Positions 1 through 10,334 of a stretch of 56,529 nucleotides of DNA are shown here, one piece after another. Source of the stretch: Folioceros fuciformis. Lineage: Eukaryota. Position 1 is the first letter of the stretch. The number at the start of each line of letters is the position of its first letter. The position numbers and the translations under genes are program-made. Location of the stretch: the NCBI GenBank assembly GCA_049999805.1, contig JBNGIO010006320.1, positions 473,790-530,318 on the forward strand, in the 5' to 3' direction. The notes below the pieces were generated by a model. The model had not been told where the DNA came from. It saw nothing but the letters and a program-made list of their open reading frames with translations, and did not search any database.

Positions 1-780
1 TCCGCTACGCGCGCTCTTCTCTTCTCTTCTCCTTTTCTTCGTCGCCTCTTCCCCAGACGCTCCTCCTCCCTTCCCTTCCTTTCCTCTCCTCCCCTCTCCT
101 CTCCCGGAGTCCTCGACTCCGCGCCGAGCTCGCTCGCCTGCCGCAGGTCCTGCGCTCCGGCTGTTTTATACGCCGCCTCCAACTGCCTTCTCAATGCGCC
201 TGCTCCTGCTCCTCTTTCCTCTTCGGATTAATCAGCCGCCCTCCAGCTTTTGCCACCTTCGCCTTCCTTGCAGCCGCTGTTTATTCCAGCCCCGGACAGC
301 TGGTGTCATTCCTGTGGGCTTCGCGATTGCTGTTGGGCACCCGGAGCCACTCGGATCACTGCGTTGCTCCGAGTACTTGATCGGAAGCGAGTGGGGTATT
401 TCTCTTTGCCCTTTCGGTTTGGGAGGGGAATTTGCTTCCTCCAGCATCGGCTGGCCTTGCCGCCGCGCACGGGGATGCTTGTAGCACCATTGTCACAACC
501 CATCAACTTTCGTGTGTAAATTATGTCTCTCTTCTGTGTGCGGACAACCTGGAGGGACTGTCGGGAACGTGCCTGCTAAATTACTCTTTGGCGAGGCATT
601 GCGGACAGTGCCATGTCTGGACCTCTCTGTCTTCAGTGCCTACGCACACATCGTATGCTCCCCGCTCTCCACTCCTCTGCTAGGCGCGCACCGGGAGCAG
701 TTTGCGAGCCTCCCCCCTCCGCTGCTTCTTCTTCTCCTCCTTCCCCTTCTTCTCCTGCTTCTTCTTCTTCCTAGGTCTTG
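1..780 (+). promoter_or_regulatory. CT-rich (GAGA-type) pyrimidine tracts in the promoter/5' leader of the BOP-like gene
   Basis: Long CT/CTT-rich runs at about 13-105 and 712-773, upstream of ATG 929. Such tracts are typical of plant 5' UTRs and BBR/BPC sites. Function is inferred. Confidence 0.4.
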
Positions 781-928
781 TAGTTTGCCTGCCCCTCCCC
801 CTGTTGTGGCACATCTAGTAGTGCACATCAGAAATGGATTGCTGAATTCACCGTCGTCTCCGACTGCCTGCGTGCGAGCTTGCGCACTCAACTCCAACCG
901 AGGTTGGCGCGTCGCAAGCCTTCTCTCC

Positions 929-2417
929 ATGAATCAGGAGGAGGTGCCATTGAAGACGCTGTCCGCGGACTTGTTGAGCCTCCTTGCAAACGGCCAGGCA
1001 TTCAGTGATGTGACTTTCGCGGTTGAGGGAAGACATGTTCACGCACACAGATGTGTGCTGGCCGCGCGCAGTCAGTTCTTTCGAATGATTTTCTGTGGAG
1101 ACGTGTCGATGCAGAACACGCCTCAGCAACGCGCGGCCTCGCCTCTGGTTATTCCTGTCGGTATTGTCGGCTACGATGTGTTTCTCTTGCTCCTCCAATT
1201 CTTGTACAGCGGCCAGCTCGCCATTGCACATCAGCAACACATGCATGGCGTAGCGGCTTCTGCGTGCAAAGAGAAGGCCTGTTGGCACACGCACTGCTCC
1301 TCCGCAGTCGACTTCGCCCTCGAGACCTTAAATGCTGCACAATTTTTTGGAGTGGAACAGCTCTCTCTCCTCACTCAGGTGAAGCCTTGTCACCTCGCAT
1401 CCGACTGCTTCTTGTCTCAGACTGCCCTCTACTTCATCACAGCCGCGAATTCATCCATTGCCACAAACTGTGCGCAAGTTTGCTTTTTTTTTTTTGTTTC
1501 AACCAGTGCAATCTGTGTGTGACACACTCTTACCGGTGTCGCGCTTTGTGTAGAGGCACCTGGCTGAAATGGCAGAAAAGGCTTCCGTAGAGGACGTGAT
1601 GAAGATCTTGGTGGCAGCAAGGATGCAAGAGGGCTCGCAATTGTGGTCAGTTTGTTCCAAGCTGGTAGCCAAGTCGGGTTTGCCTTCGGAGACGCTCCAC
1701 AAGCACCTGCAACCCGAAGTTGTGGCCGAGATTGAGTCCATCCGCCAAAAGGTAGGCTACGGAATGGAGACGCGCACGCACGACCCGTCCGAGGAGCAAA
1801 GGATTTTGCGAATGCGGAAAGCGCTGGACATATCCGACGTGGAGCTGGTCAGGCTCATGGTCATGGGAGAAGGGCTTAATCTGGACAAGGCTTATGCGTT
1901 GCACTACGCTGTCAGTCATTGCAGCAGAAAGGTTGTGCAGAACCTGCTGGAGCTTGATGCCGCCAATGTGAATGCACTGGGTCCTGATGGTCGGGCACCC
2001 CTTCATGTAGCCACGGAGATGGCCGATCCAGAGATGATTGCGGTGCTCTTGGATCACCGGGCAGACCCCGGCTGCCGCACATCCACGGGAATCAGAGCAG
2101 TCGATTTGGCACGTAGCCTTGCATGTGACACGCTTGCGGTGGGAGCCAGCGCTGGCCTCAAGTCTGACCACAGCACTAAATTCAGGTTGTGTGCCGACTT
2201 GTTGGAAGCTGCAGCCTCTATGGACGTCCGGAAGCAAGAACCTGTGTGCATCACGGCAGTTACCACAACGAGTGACAACAACGTGCCCACTCTGATAGCT
2301 ATGAGACCTTCCATAGCCAGTAATCCTCCCAATGCCAGTCTGCTATCCGCTCATCCTCACGAGACACACTTCTACCCGGTGATGGGGCATTCCAAAGGTA
2401 AGTTGAGCCTATTTTGA
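929..2417 (+). CDS. BOP: BTB/POZ-ankyrin protein, BLADE-ON-PETIOLE/NPR family; exons 929-1378 and 1554-2417 (possible third exon 2712-3076)
   Basis: BOP-type motifs LLANGQAFSDVTFAVEGRHVHAHRCVLAARS, CWHTHCSSAVD, EKASVEDVMKIL and ELVRLMVMGEGLNLDKAYALHYAV. Phase-0 GT-AG intron at 1379-1553. Confidence 0.92.
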
Positions 2418-3126
2418 CCCGGTCGCCATCCCCTTGCTTGCTTCGAGTCAATCTGCTCTCTGATGTATTAGGTAGCCTATCGTCCCCGTCCCCGTCCTCG
2501 TCCTCAGAGAGAACGTAGTGGACTCGCTTGCTTATCAGTGTCCAGTCACTCATTTCTCTGTAGATCTGCAGTTGAAGTTAGCTAGCTTACGTTCTCTCAT
2601 GACAAACATGTCTAGAGTTATTAGCCCCCTACCTGACCTTCAGACTACTTTGCTCACTTTTTGAATGCCTAGTGTGCTTGGGATCTAAGTTCGCCATCAC
2701 GTTTTTCACAGTGCTGCCTGAGCAATATAGAGAACCTGAGCGAGGGGAGACAAGTGATCCAATAGCAAGGCTGCTGTATCCATGCACCTTAGACTGCCTT
2801 CCCAGTATCCATGAAGATTCCCTTAGTAGCTTCTCCTGTGTTGAGAATCCTGGTCCAGGTTCACGTTCAGGTTCAGACGAGGAGAGAGCGAGGAAGAGGC
2901 ATCGGTCCCGGGATTCTGACCTAAGAGATATGCTCAAGGAGGTTGTTCTCAAGGACATCACCAACGGGAGTATCCTGCTCAATGAATATGCTGAGCAGGT
3001 TTCGATTGTTGAAGACGAGGTCAACAGTCTTCTTTCAGCATCAGCTCTCGGCAGCTCTCATCACATGAATGTCTAGGTAGTTAGCTTGCCCTAGAGAGCC
3101 CTCTCGAGCACACCATGCATCCACGA

Positions 3127-3997
3127 TGTGAAGGCTAGCGAAGCTTCACTCGTCGACACCCAACACGTTGCAAGGAAGGGAAGGGAAGCAAGTCAAGCAG
3201 GCTTCGATCCAATTCCTTTATTTCTAAGCCTGATGGTAGAAACACAACCTCATCAACGTCTACATCAAATCTTCCCGGGAGCAATGCGTCACGCAAGCTC
3301 CCGGAGACGAGACCACAGACGCATGCCTCTACCCTCAATAAAGGTCCTTCGACGTCTCATAGGTGTGCTGCACTTTGTATTCGTAGGTTATGTACGCCCG
3401 TACATGTATAATGAAAGACCCCTGACAGACCGAATACCTCTGTGGCTCTTGTGCACGACTCACAACCCGCAGATGTTTGTGCATGTTGTCCTGAAAGACA
3501 TACGGGCCATGTTGTCCTGAAAAACATACCCGTATGTCCTTCAGGATACTGTGCATATGAAGCCTGCGGGGACATCTAGGTGTATGCACACATGTATACA
3601 AGGGTGAGCGCAGAACACAAGGTCGAGTGAACTATGCAGGTCCGAATTGAGATTTCAACTCACGCTCTTCCAGGGCGTAGTAACCTTAGTATAACACGTC
3701 ATGAAATTGATGAAGGACAGGGATTGATGTATCCTAAATTGGGGTTTGTGCAATAACCATGACCAACTCTTGGTTATGGGCCTATGCCTCTGTATACAAG
3801 TTGAGTCTATCAAATAGAATGACTCCTCTAGGAAATAGATACACTTACACTTGCATTCATGAGCCTCGAATATGTACATTGCAGCCCGAAACCATAAGCT
3901 CTAGGAACATGACTCGAGAACACAAATAGGAACATGACTCGAGAACACAAAGTTCTTGACAATGGTAGGGTACCCACTACCACAAATATGTTTCACA
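3127..3997. mobile_element. Possible solo-LTR-like remnant
   Basis: Termini TGTGAA...TTCACA; internal duplications (TAGGAACATGACTCGAGAACACAAA x2 at 3902-3951, TGTCCTGAAA repeats at about 3487-3522); no credible coding. No target-site duplication seen. Confidence 0.3.
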
Positions 3998-4543
3998 AAA
4001 TATCATCAAATGTTTCAGCTGGAGGTAGATCGTCGGAATGGCTTAAGCCGCTCAATAGCGTTCTACTACTAAGTGAAATGAAATGGAGAGCCTCTATTGG
4101 CTTTAGAGCGAGAGATGCACTCCTCCTCCTTCAATTAACTTCATAAGCAGGGATCGAAACACCCTAGCTAGCTACCTGACAGGAAACTAACAATAGTCTC
4201 CATGGAACTTTGCCTACGATTTACGGGCTTGCTCTTGCCCAAGATGGCAACAGCCACGTGCTTGTAGCAAAGCAGCCCATGCCCTGGAAAATGTAGTAAC
4301 TTAATTGCGAAAGAAGGTGCAAACACCAGTCCTTCTTCCTGTCATTGGGTCAGGGAAAAGGGTGCACTAGGTATGCTCACATCATCCTATGCACTGCACT
4401 GTAAGGTTCAGTCTGAGAATGGAAATGATGAGCCCGAGCATTGCATAGAACCTGGTCAGTGCCTACAACGTATGACTGGAGCATGCCTCACGCACAACAG
4501 ACTGGGTGCATAAATGACCAGCAGTGAGACCCCAAGGAGCATG

Positions 4544-5692
4544 TCAAGGCCAGGCATGCACGAAAAACCCCTTCCACCTCAGCTCTGCAAGAAGCAGCTT
4601 GGCCTCCTCCCTCTTGACTGGTGCAAACCTACGCCAGTGGAAGTTCCACATACTGGAATGATCGTAGTGGATCTCCACAAACAGCTCATCCACAATAGCC
4701 ACCATCTCGGGATCCTGCATCCAGTGCCTCAGAATGGGCCATTCCGCCCCCTCTATATCCATCTTCACCACCAAAGCATCCTCCGCCTTGAGCCCCAGCT
4801 CCTCCTTGATGAAGCGCGTGATATTCACAGCCCCCTTTGTCTCGTCGTCCTCATGGGACACAAACTTGTAGTACACATGCAACCGATCCAGCATCCAGCC
4901 GGGAAACCCCGCCCTCTCATTCAACGTAATGGCCCCCGTGTTGTGCGGCGCGTAGTTGCTGTCCTCATCGAACCCCTCGCTGGGCACCGTGAAGATGCGC
5001 CTATCCCTCTCGAAGGCGTGCATCTCCGTGAAGTCGCACGGGTAGATCTGCGCGAACCATTGCACGCTGCTGGTGAAGGAATTGGCCCCCAGATCAAGAT
5101 ACACCCGCCGAGCCCTGGCGTTCAGATCCACCCTGCTCCCGTACAGCCAGGGCAGGATGTGCGTCCTGTCCTCCACGTCGCTGGCGTGGCGCAGCGCGTA
5201 CCCCCGCCGGAAGTTGTGCTCCGCGTCGATCTTCTCGATGAGTTGGCCCCTGACCCGGCAGAAGGCCGGCTCCCCGATCCACTTCAGCTGCCGCCATGGG
5301 TCTCCCCCGGATCGATTCCAGGACGACAGACTCGCATCCAGGTGCCCCTCCAGCCGGCTGCACACATCGTTGGCCCCCGGCTCGACGCTGGCGTGCGCGG
5401 CCTCCTGGATGGTGCTCTGGGGTCGGGATCTGTGGGCGTAGTAGAGATCCAGCGCCGCGTAGCTCCCCAGAACGGCCACCAGCAGGTAGAGCGTAAGCAG
5501 ATGCACTCCCGAATTGCGCCGCCCCTGCGCCTCGCCCTGCGGCAAGCCACGGTTGCCCGCCCACCGCGCCGTCCTCATCCCTCGCGCCGGGTTCCGAGTC
5601 GCATCGCTACCGCTCGCTGCGGAATCGGCTGGGCTGCTCGGTTGCCAGGACGACATCCGATTCACCAGTCCCTGCACAGTGAACCCATGCAT
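4544..5692 (-). CDS. FkbM-type (Methyltransf_21) SAM-dependent methyltransferase with type II membrane anchor, paralog 1, single exon
   Basis: RVYLDLGAN (SAM motif I), MHAFE, VVKMDIEGAEW and IVDELFVEIHY; N-terminal TM segment LLTLYLLVAVLGSYAAL. Confidence 0.85.
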   Translation of the reverse strand: MHGFTVQGLVNRMSSWQPSSPADSAASGSDATRNPARGMRTARWAGNRGLPQGEAQGRRNSGVHLLTLYLLVAVLGSYAALDLYYAHRSRPQSTIQEAAHASVEPGANDVCSRLEGHLDASLSSWNRSGGDPWRQLKWIGEPAFCRVRGQLIEKIDAEHNFRRGYALRHASDVEDRTHILPWLYGSRVDLNARARRVYLDLGANSFTSSVQWFAQIYPCDFTEMHAFERDRRIFTVPSEGFDEDSNYAPHNTGAITLNERAGFPGWMLDRLHVYYKFVSHEDDETKGAVNITRFIKEELGLKAEDALVVKMDIEGAEWPILRHWMQDPEMVAIVDELFVEIHYDHSSMWNFHWRRFAPVKREEAKLLLAELRWKGFFVHAWP

Positions 5693-7197
5693 CGCCCACC
5701 ATCAGCATCTGATCCGGCCCCCATCATCCCATCCTCCAACTAATGCCAATGCTGACTTGGGAAACATTCTGTTTGCGGATTTCACGTTCAGCTTACAAGA
5801 GATCGTGATCGTGGCAAAAGCTCCTGTGCTTTCATCCAGAGGACAGGAACATGGCTTCTAAGTTTGGCTGGGAATTTTCCTAACATGCTTTGCTTCAAGT
5901 TACCAGGACCTAGGCCATCCGCTCCTTCTCACCACCCTATATGACTAAGCCCCGGCTTCCTGATAAGCATCAGGCATATGCTTAATCCCATAGACATGTT
6001 GGACCCCCAGCAATTTCGACGGAGAGCTTTCAATCACGCAGTAACCTCACAAGTTGTCACCTCAGAATCAGTCTGGAGCGTGTTCGTAATTCTTGAGGGT
6101 TACACAGCGTTGATTTTCAGGGCTTGCCTTGATCTCGAGAGTAGGAACCCGATGTTGCTACACCTTCACACCTTGCTTGCTTTGTTGTAGTCCGACATGA
6201 CGAGCCTCGCCTCGCCTCATGTTATATGGCTCTCGCATGAGACTACCACGTTCTCTTGCCATACTCACCTCTCTGTTTCCGTCCTGCTAGGGGCCATGTA
6301 TTTGAGCACCTGGATGCGGAAACGAGGTCTCACAATCCTGGTTCTGCAAGTGCGCGTGCCGCGGGTTGATGCTTGCTCGCTCCATCGATCATGCAGGGGG
6401 GAGATACGTATTTACATGGGGAATGCAAATGAGGCCATGCAGGACAATGGGTCCCCCTCAACCCCCTAGCACACAGTCCTGGAATCAGCTTAGACGGCGG
6501 GGCCACCCAAGTAAAAACGAGGCTGGAGGGAATCTCACCCCCACAACATTCCATCCATCTCCAAGAGTTGGACACGGGGTACCCAAATGTCACAGAATCA
6601 GGTGTTGCCATCCGTCCTTGGTCCATAGCCGTGCCTTGCCTAGACCAGGGGCTGCTTGGCTCATACCCTGCTGGCATTCTGGTTGCGACACTTTTCCCAT
6701 CGAGTCCGTAAAGTACTCGCCGACATCCTCAAGGCCGCCATGCTTTCGCTTTCTACCCGGTTGCTGCCACCTTAAACATCAACCATCTTCGCCCTTGTCC
6801 AGGAAACAGAGCTCTGGTCAACACGTCAGAGGTACCTGGTTCCCTTTCATCCCTTCCCACACAAGACCATCTGGTAACAAGCTTGACCTGCACACCTCAA
6901 GGTCCACACAGATCTGAAGGGTTTTGTCAAAATTGTTGCTCGTGAAATTTGCACTCCTTTCCAAAGCTTTTTGGGCCACGTTGCATGAGCTGTCACATCC
7001 CGCTGTTAGGATGTCTGTACACCATGGTGTCGCTGGTTCCCTGTACTCGACGGTCATTGTACAGTCGGAAAGACATCTCGATGTAGACAAAATGACCCTC
7101 GGATCCAGAAGAGTGCTGAAGAAGGATAATCCCACCGCTCTCCACTACTGCTTTAGTATCTAACAGGCATGGGATAATGAAACAACAAGCATAGCTC

Positions 7198-7350
7198 CGA
7201 TCAACTGTTCGTTCGATCAAGACGTTCCAAGGCATGGGATCATCCAGCAATAATGCATGCGATCAACTGTTGAGTCGATCAACACGTTCCAACGCAAGGA
7301 ATCAAACTGTAACAACCAACCCACTGTTCAGTCAAGCAACACGTTCCACA
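7198..7350. repeat. Three degenerate direct repeats of about 57-62 bp
   Basis: Core ACTGTTnnnTCnAnCAAnACGTTCCA starts at 7204, 7266 and 7323. Confidence 0.6.
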
Positions 7351-9005
7351 CCACACTGCTTCATGATACATGGCAAGGAGCCTCCCGAGGATCAGGACAA
7401 AATGTACCAACACTTAACCGCACTACGGTTATCAACCTCACAGACGTTGAGCAAGGACGCAAGAAAACTTCTGAAGCTAGGCACCAAACTTTAACTACCC
7501 TGACCTACAATAGCGCTATGGCAACTCACATAGAACTTCATTTGGATTTGCCGAGCCAATGGTCAGCTAGTTGACAGGAGGAAACAGCTCCAGAGAGCAG
7601 CTGTCCCTGCACAGAAGCGGCAGGTCCAGAGCAGAAGATGATAACAAAAACGACAGCCGTGCTCACCGTGATTTGAGCGGGTACCAAGTTGGCAGGTATC
7701 GAAAGGTTGGACAAGATGGCATCTCTTGCTTCTGGTGTCTATTGACTGACCCTCTGCAGTGGGTCATGGATTGCTATGTGTGAGTGAGCTCCAAAGCCTC
7801 ACCCCCACAAGTGTAATGCTACAAAGAATACCTGCCATTTCCCAATCAAATACAATGGAGGTTGAGTCAAAGCAGGCACATCCAAAAGCCGAGACAACTT
7901 TTGAAAACATCTGGATTGTCGGCAAAAAACAAGGTTTTACTCTCTGTAGGCAACAAGTCAAAGTTTTCTTCAATGATGCTTCATGGATGCCATTTGCCAG
8001 CCTTTCTATTTCTAGCTCAGTCTGCCTCAACGAAGAAGTGTGAAGATAGTGCAGGTTTTTGTAACATCAGCTAAACTAAGAAATCGACACACCGGCATAA
8101 AATCAGGAGGCCGAAGAAAGAGGGCCAAGCATCCTATGCCAAAGTCTCCTCCACCCGGAAATACTCGCTCATGCCGCACAGCACAGCACAGCGCAGCACC
8201 GGTGCCACACACGCCAGAAATGCGAGGAAGTCTATGACCACGGTGCTGAGCAGACAATTACCAACGGTTCACCGCTAGACAAGAGACTCCAGTCAGTCAG
8301 GAAGCTAAAATCTGACAAATTGTAAGAGCTCACAGCAGAGCCCTGCCCACGGAGCGCTCAGATAACGACAAAGAGCAAAGCTGTGCACACCACGGTAGAG
8401 TATGTCTAGGTGCAATAACCATGGTGAAAGCCCTGCACTTGTGGTCCACCATCATTTTCTTGCACTTGTCGCCTTCGGGCATGCTTGGCACGTACAGTAG
8501 ATGAAAATGAGGATCGTGGCCGAGGGCAAATCGGATTGATCTGGTAGCACAAAATGTGGAGACTGGCGACCCCACAACGTGCACCTGACTTGCACAACGG
8601 GCCTTGTGCCAAAAACGGGCACCGTGACCCCCCCGTTTGTCAATCCTCACAAGCACCATGACCTAGAACTCTCGTGACACACCGAGAACAGGAGGTGACA
8701 AAAAAGAAACCCTCCGCAGACTAGCAGGTCTTTTACAGTGTCAAGCCGCCCTGCACTGGGCAGCACAACCAACAAATCTGGCGCAGACTGCACGAGACCT
8801 GCAGGCGGAACAGTTTAGCACACATCGTGCTGGACGGAGGTCCTGAACCCAGGAAATCCTAACTGAAAATCTCGCCTAGGCCTAGGGATGCAATGTCGGC
8901 GGCATGAAGTCGAGTCTGGGCGCTGCAGATGTAGTCAATGCACTTGTGGGACACAGGTCTACATCCCGCACCAAACCGGTAACGCATAGTGTCTCGGACG
9001 CAATC

Positions 9006-9992
9006 TCAAGGCCAGAAGTGAGCAAAGAAGCCTCGCCACCTCAGCTGGGCAAGAAGGCGCTTGGCCTCGTCCCTGGTCCGGGGCTTGAACATGCTCCACC
9101 CGAATTCTCTCATACTGGGGTGCTCGTAATGGATCTCCACAAACAGCTCATCAACAATCTGCGCCATCTCCGGATCCTCAATCCAGCGCTGCAGAATAGG
9201 CCACTCCGCACCCTCAATGTCCATCTTCACCACCACCGTATCCTCCGCCTTCAACCGCAACTCCTCCTTGATGAACCTGGTGATGTTCACAGATTGTGAG
9301 CTCTCGTCATCCCCATCCGCAACAAACTTGTTGTAGAGCGTGATGCGATCCAACACCCACTGCGGAAGCTCCGGCCGCTGCTTCACCCGTACCGAGTTCC
9401 AGATAGGCTGCGAGGCCCAATTCTCCTCCTCAGCGAATCCCTCGGTGGGCATCTTGAACAGCGTCGTCTCCTTCTCGAATGCGTGGATCTCCGTGAAGTC
9501 GCAGGGGTAGATCTGGGAATACCAGAGCACGCTGGTGCGGAAGGCGTTCGCACCGAGATCCAAATAAACCCGCCTCGGGCTCCGATTCAAATCCACCCTA
9601 CTCCCATATAGCCAGGGCAGAATGTGCAGCCGATCTTCGACATTCGCGCTGTGCTTCAGCGCGAACCCCCGCCGGAAGTTGTTATCGTCATCGATCTTCT
9701 CGATGAGGTGGCCCCGCACCTTACAGAAGGCAGGCTCTCCGACCCACTTCACCTGCTGCCAGGGATCGCCTTGGGAACGGTCCCAATGCGTAAGCGCCAC
9801 GTCGTAATGGCCCTCCATAGTGGAACACACAGCTTCAGCAGGATCCGCAACTACACCCTCCCTACCCTGGGCCCAGCTCTTGCCCTTCCCGCACCCCGGC
9901 ACTCCCAGCAGCGCAATCCCCATGCAGCTCAGCAGCAAGGCGATTATCAGGTAGAGCATGAGCAGGTGCTTCGACCTCGGCTTGGGCTCCAT
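9006..9992 (-). CDS. FkbM-type SAM-dependent methyltransferase with type II membrane anchor, paralog 2, single exon (first ATG 9992; frame open to 10115)
   Basis: RVYLDLGAN, IHAFE, VVKMDIEGAEW and IVDELFVEIHY; TM segment LLMLYLIIALLLSCMGIALLG; collinear high similarity to 4544-5692. Confidence 0.85.
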   Translation of the reverse strand: MEPKPRSKHLLMLYLIIALLLSCMGIALLGVPGCGKGKSWAQGREGVVADPAEAVCSTMEGHYDVALTHWDRSQGDPWQQVKWVGEPAFCKVRGHLIEKIDDDNNFRRGFALKHSANVEDRLHILPWLYGSRVDLNRSPRRVYLDLGANAFRTSVLWYSQIYPCDFTEIHAFEKETTLFKMPTEGFAEEENWASQPIWNSVRVKQRPELPQWVLDRITLYNKFVADGDDESSQSVNITRFIKEELRLKAEDTVVVKMDIEGAEWPILQRWIEDPEMAQIVDELFVEIHYEHPSMREFGWSMFKPRTRDEAKRLLAQLRWRGFFAHFWP

Positions 9993-10334
9993 CTCTTTCC
10001 CTTTCCCTCCTCCCCCTCCCTCACCTTCTCCAGCCACCCCCCGGCCGCTACCTTTCCATCCCGCCGCCGGCCATGGCTTCCGATTCGGATGCCGTAACCC
10101 TCCCTGTTGAGACACCGAGTCCTACCGACCGCGTCACCTTCAACTACCGCTCTTTCTACCCTCGCTTCTGCAGGGAGCACGTGCCTCTCGGTTACTAGCC
10201 CCAACCGCCCCACTCCTTCCGACAAACAACTCTCAACCCGCCCGGCTAACGAACCCAATCCCAGCTACATATCCTACCCTCGGCCTCCTCCTCCCTCCTA
10301 ACCCGAGACAAAAAAATTCTCCCATTCCAGCTCC

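Noticed and set aside
512-928. N-terminal poly-Leu extension of the BOP ORF
   Set aside because: Translation of CT-rich leader sequence from a non-ATG start; family homology begins at ATG 929.
4514-5743. 409-aa plus-strand ORF (and 8904-9299)
   Set aside because: Antisense shadow of the GC-rich FkbM-type genes; the recognisable motifs are on the minus strand.
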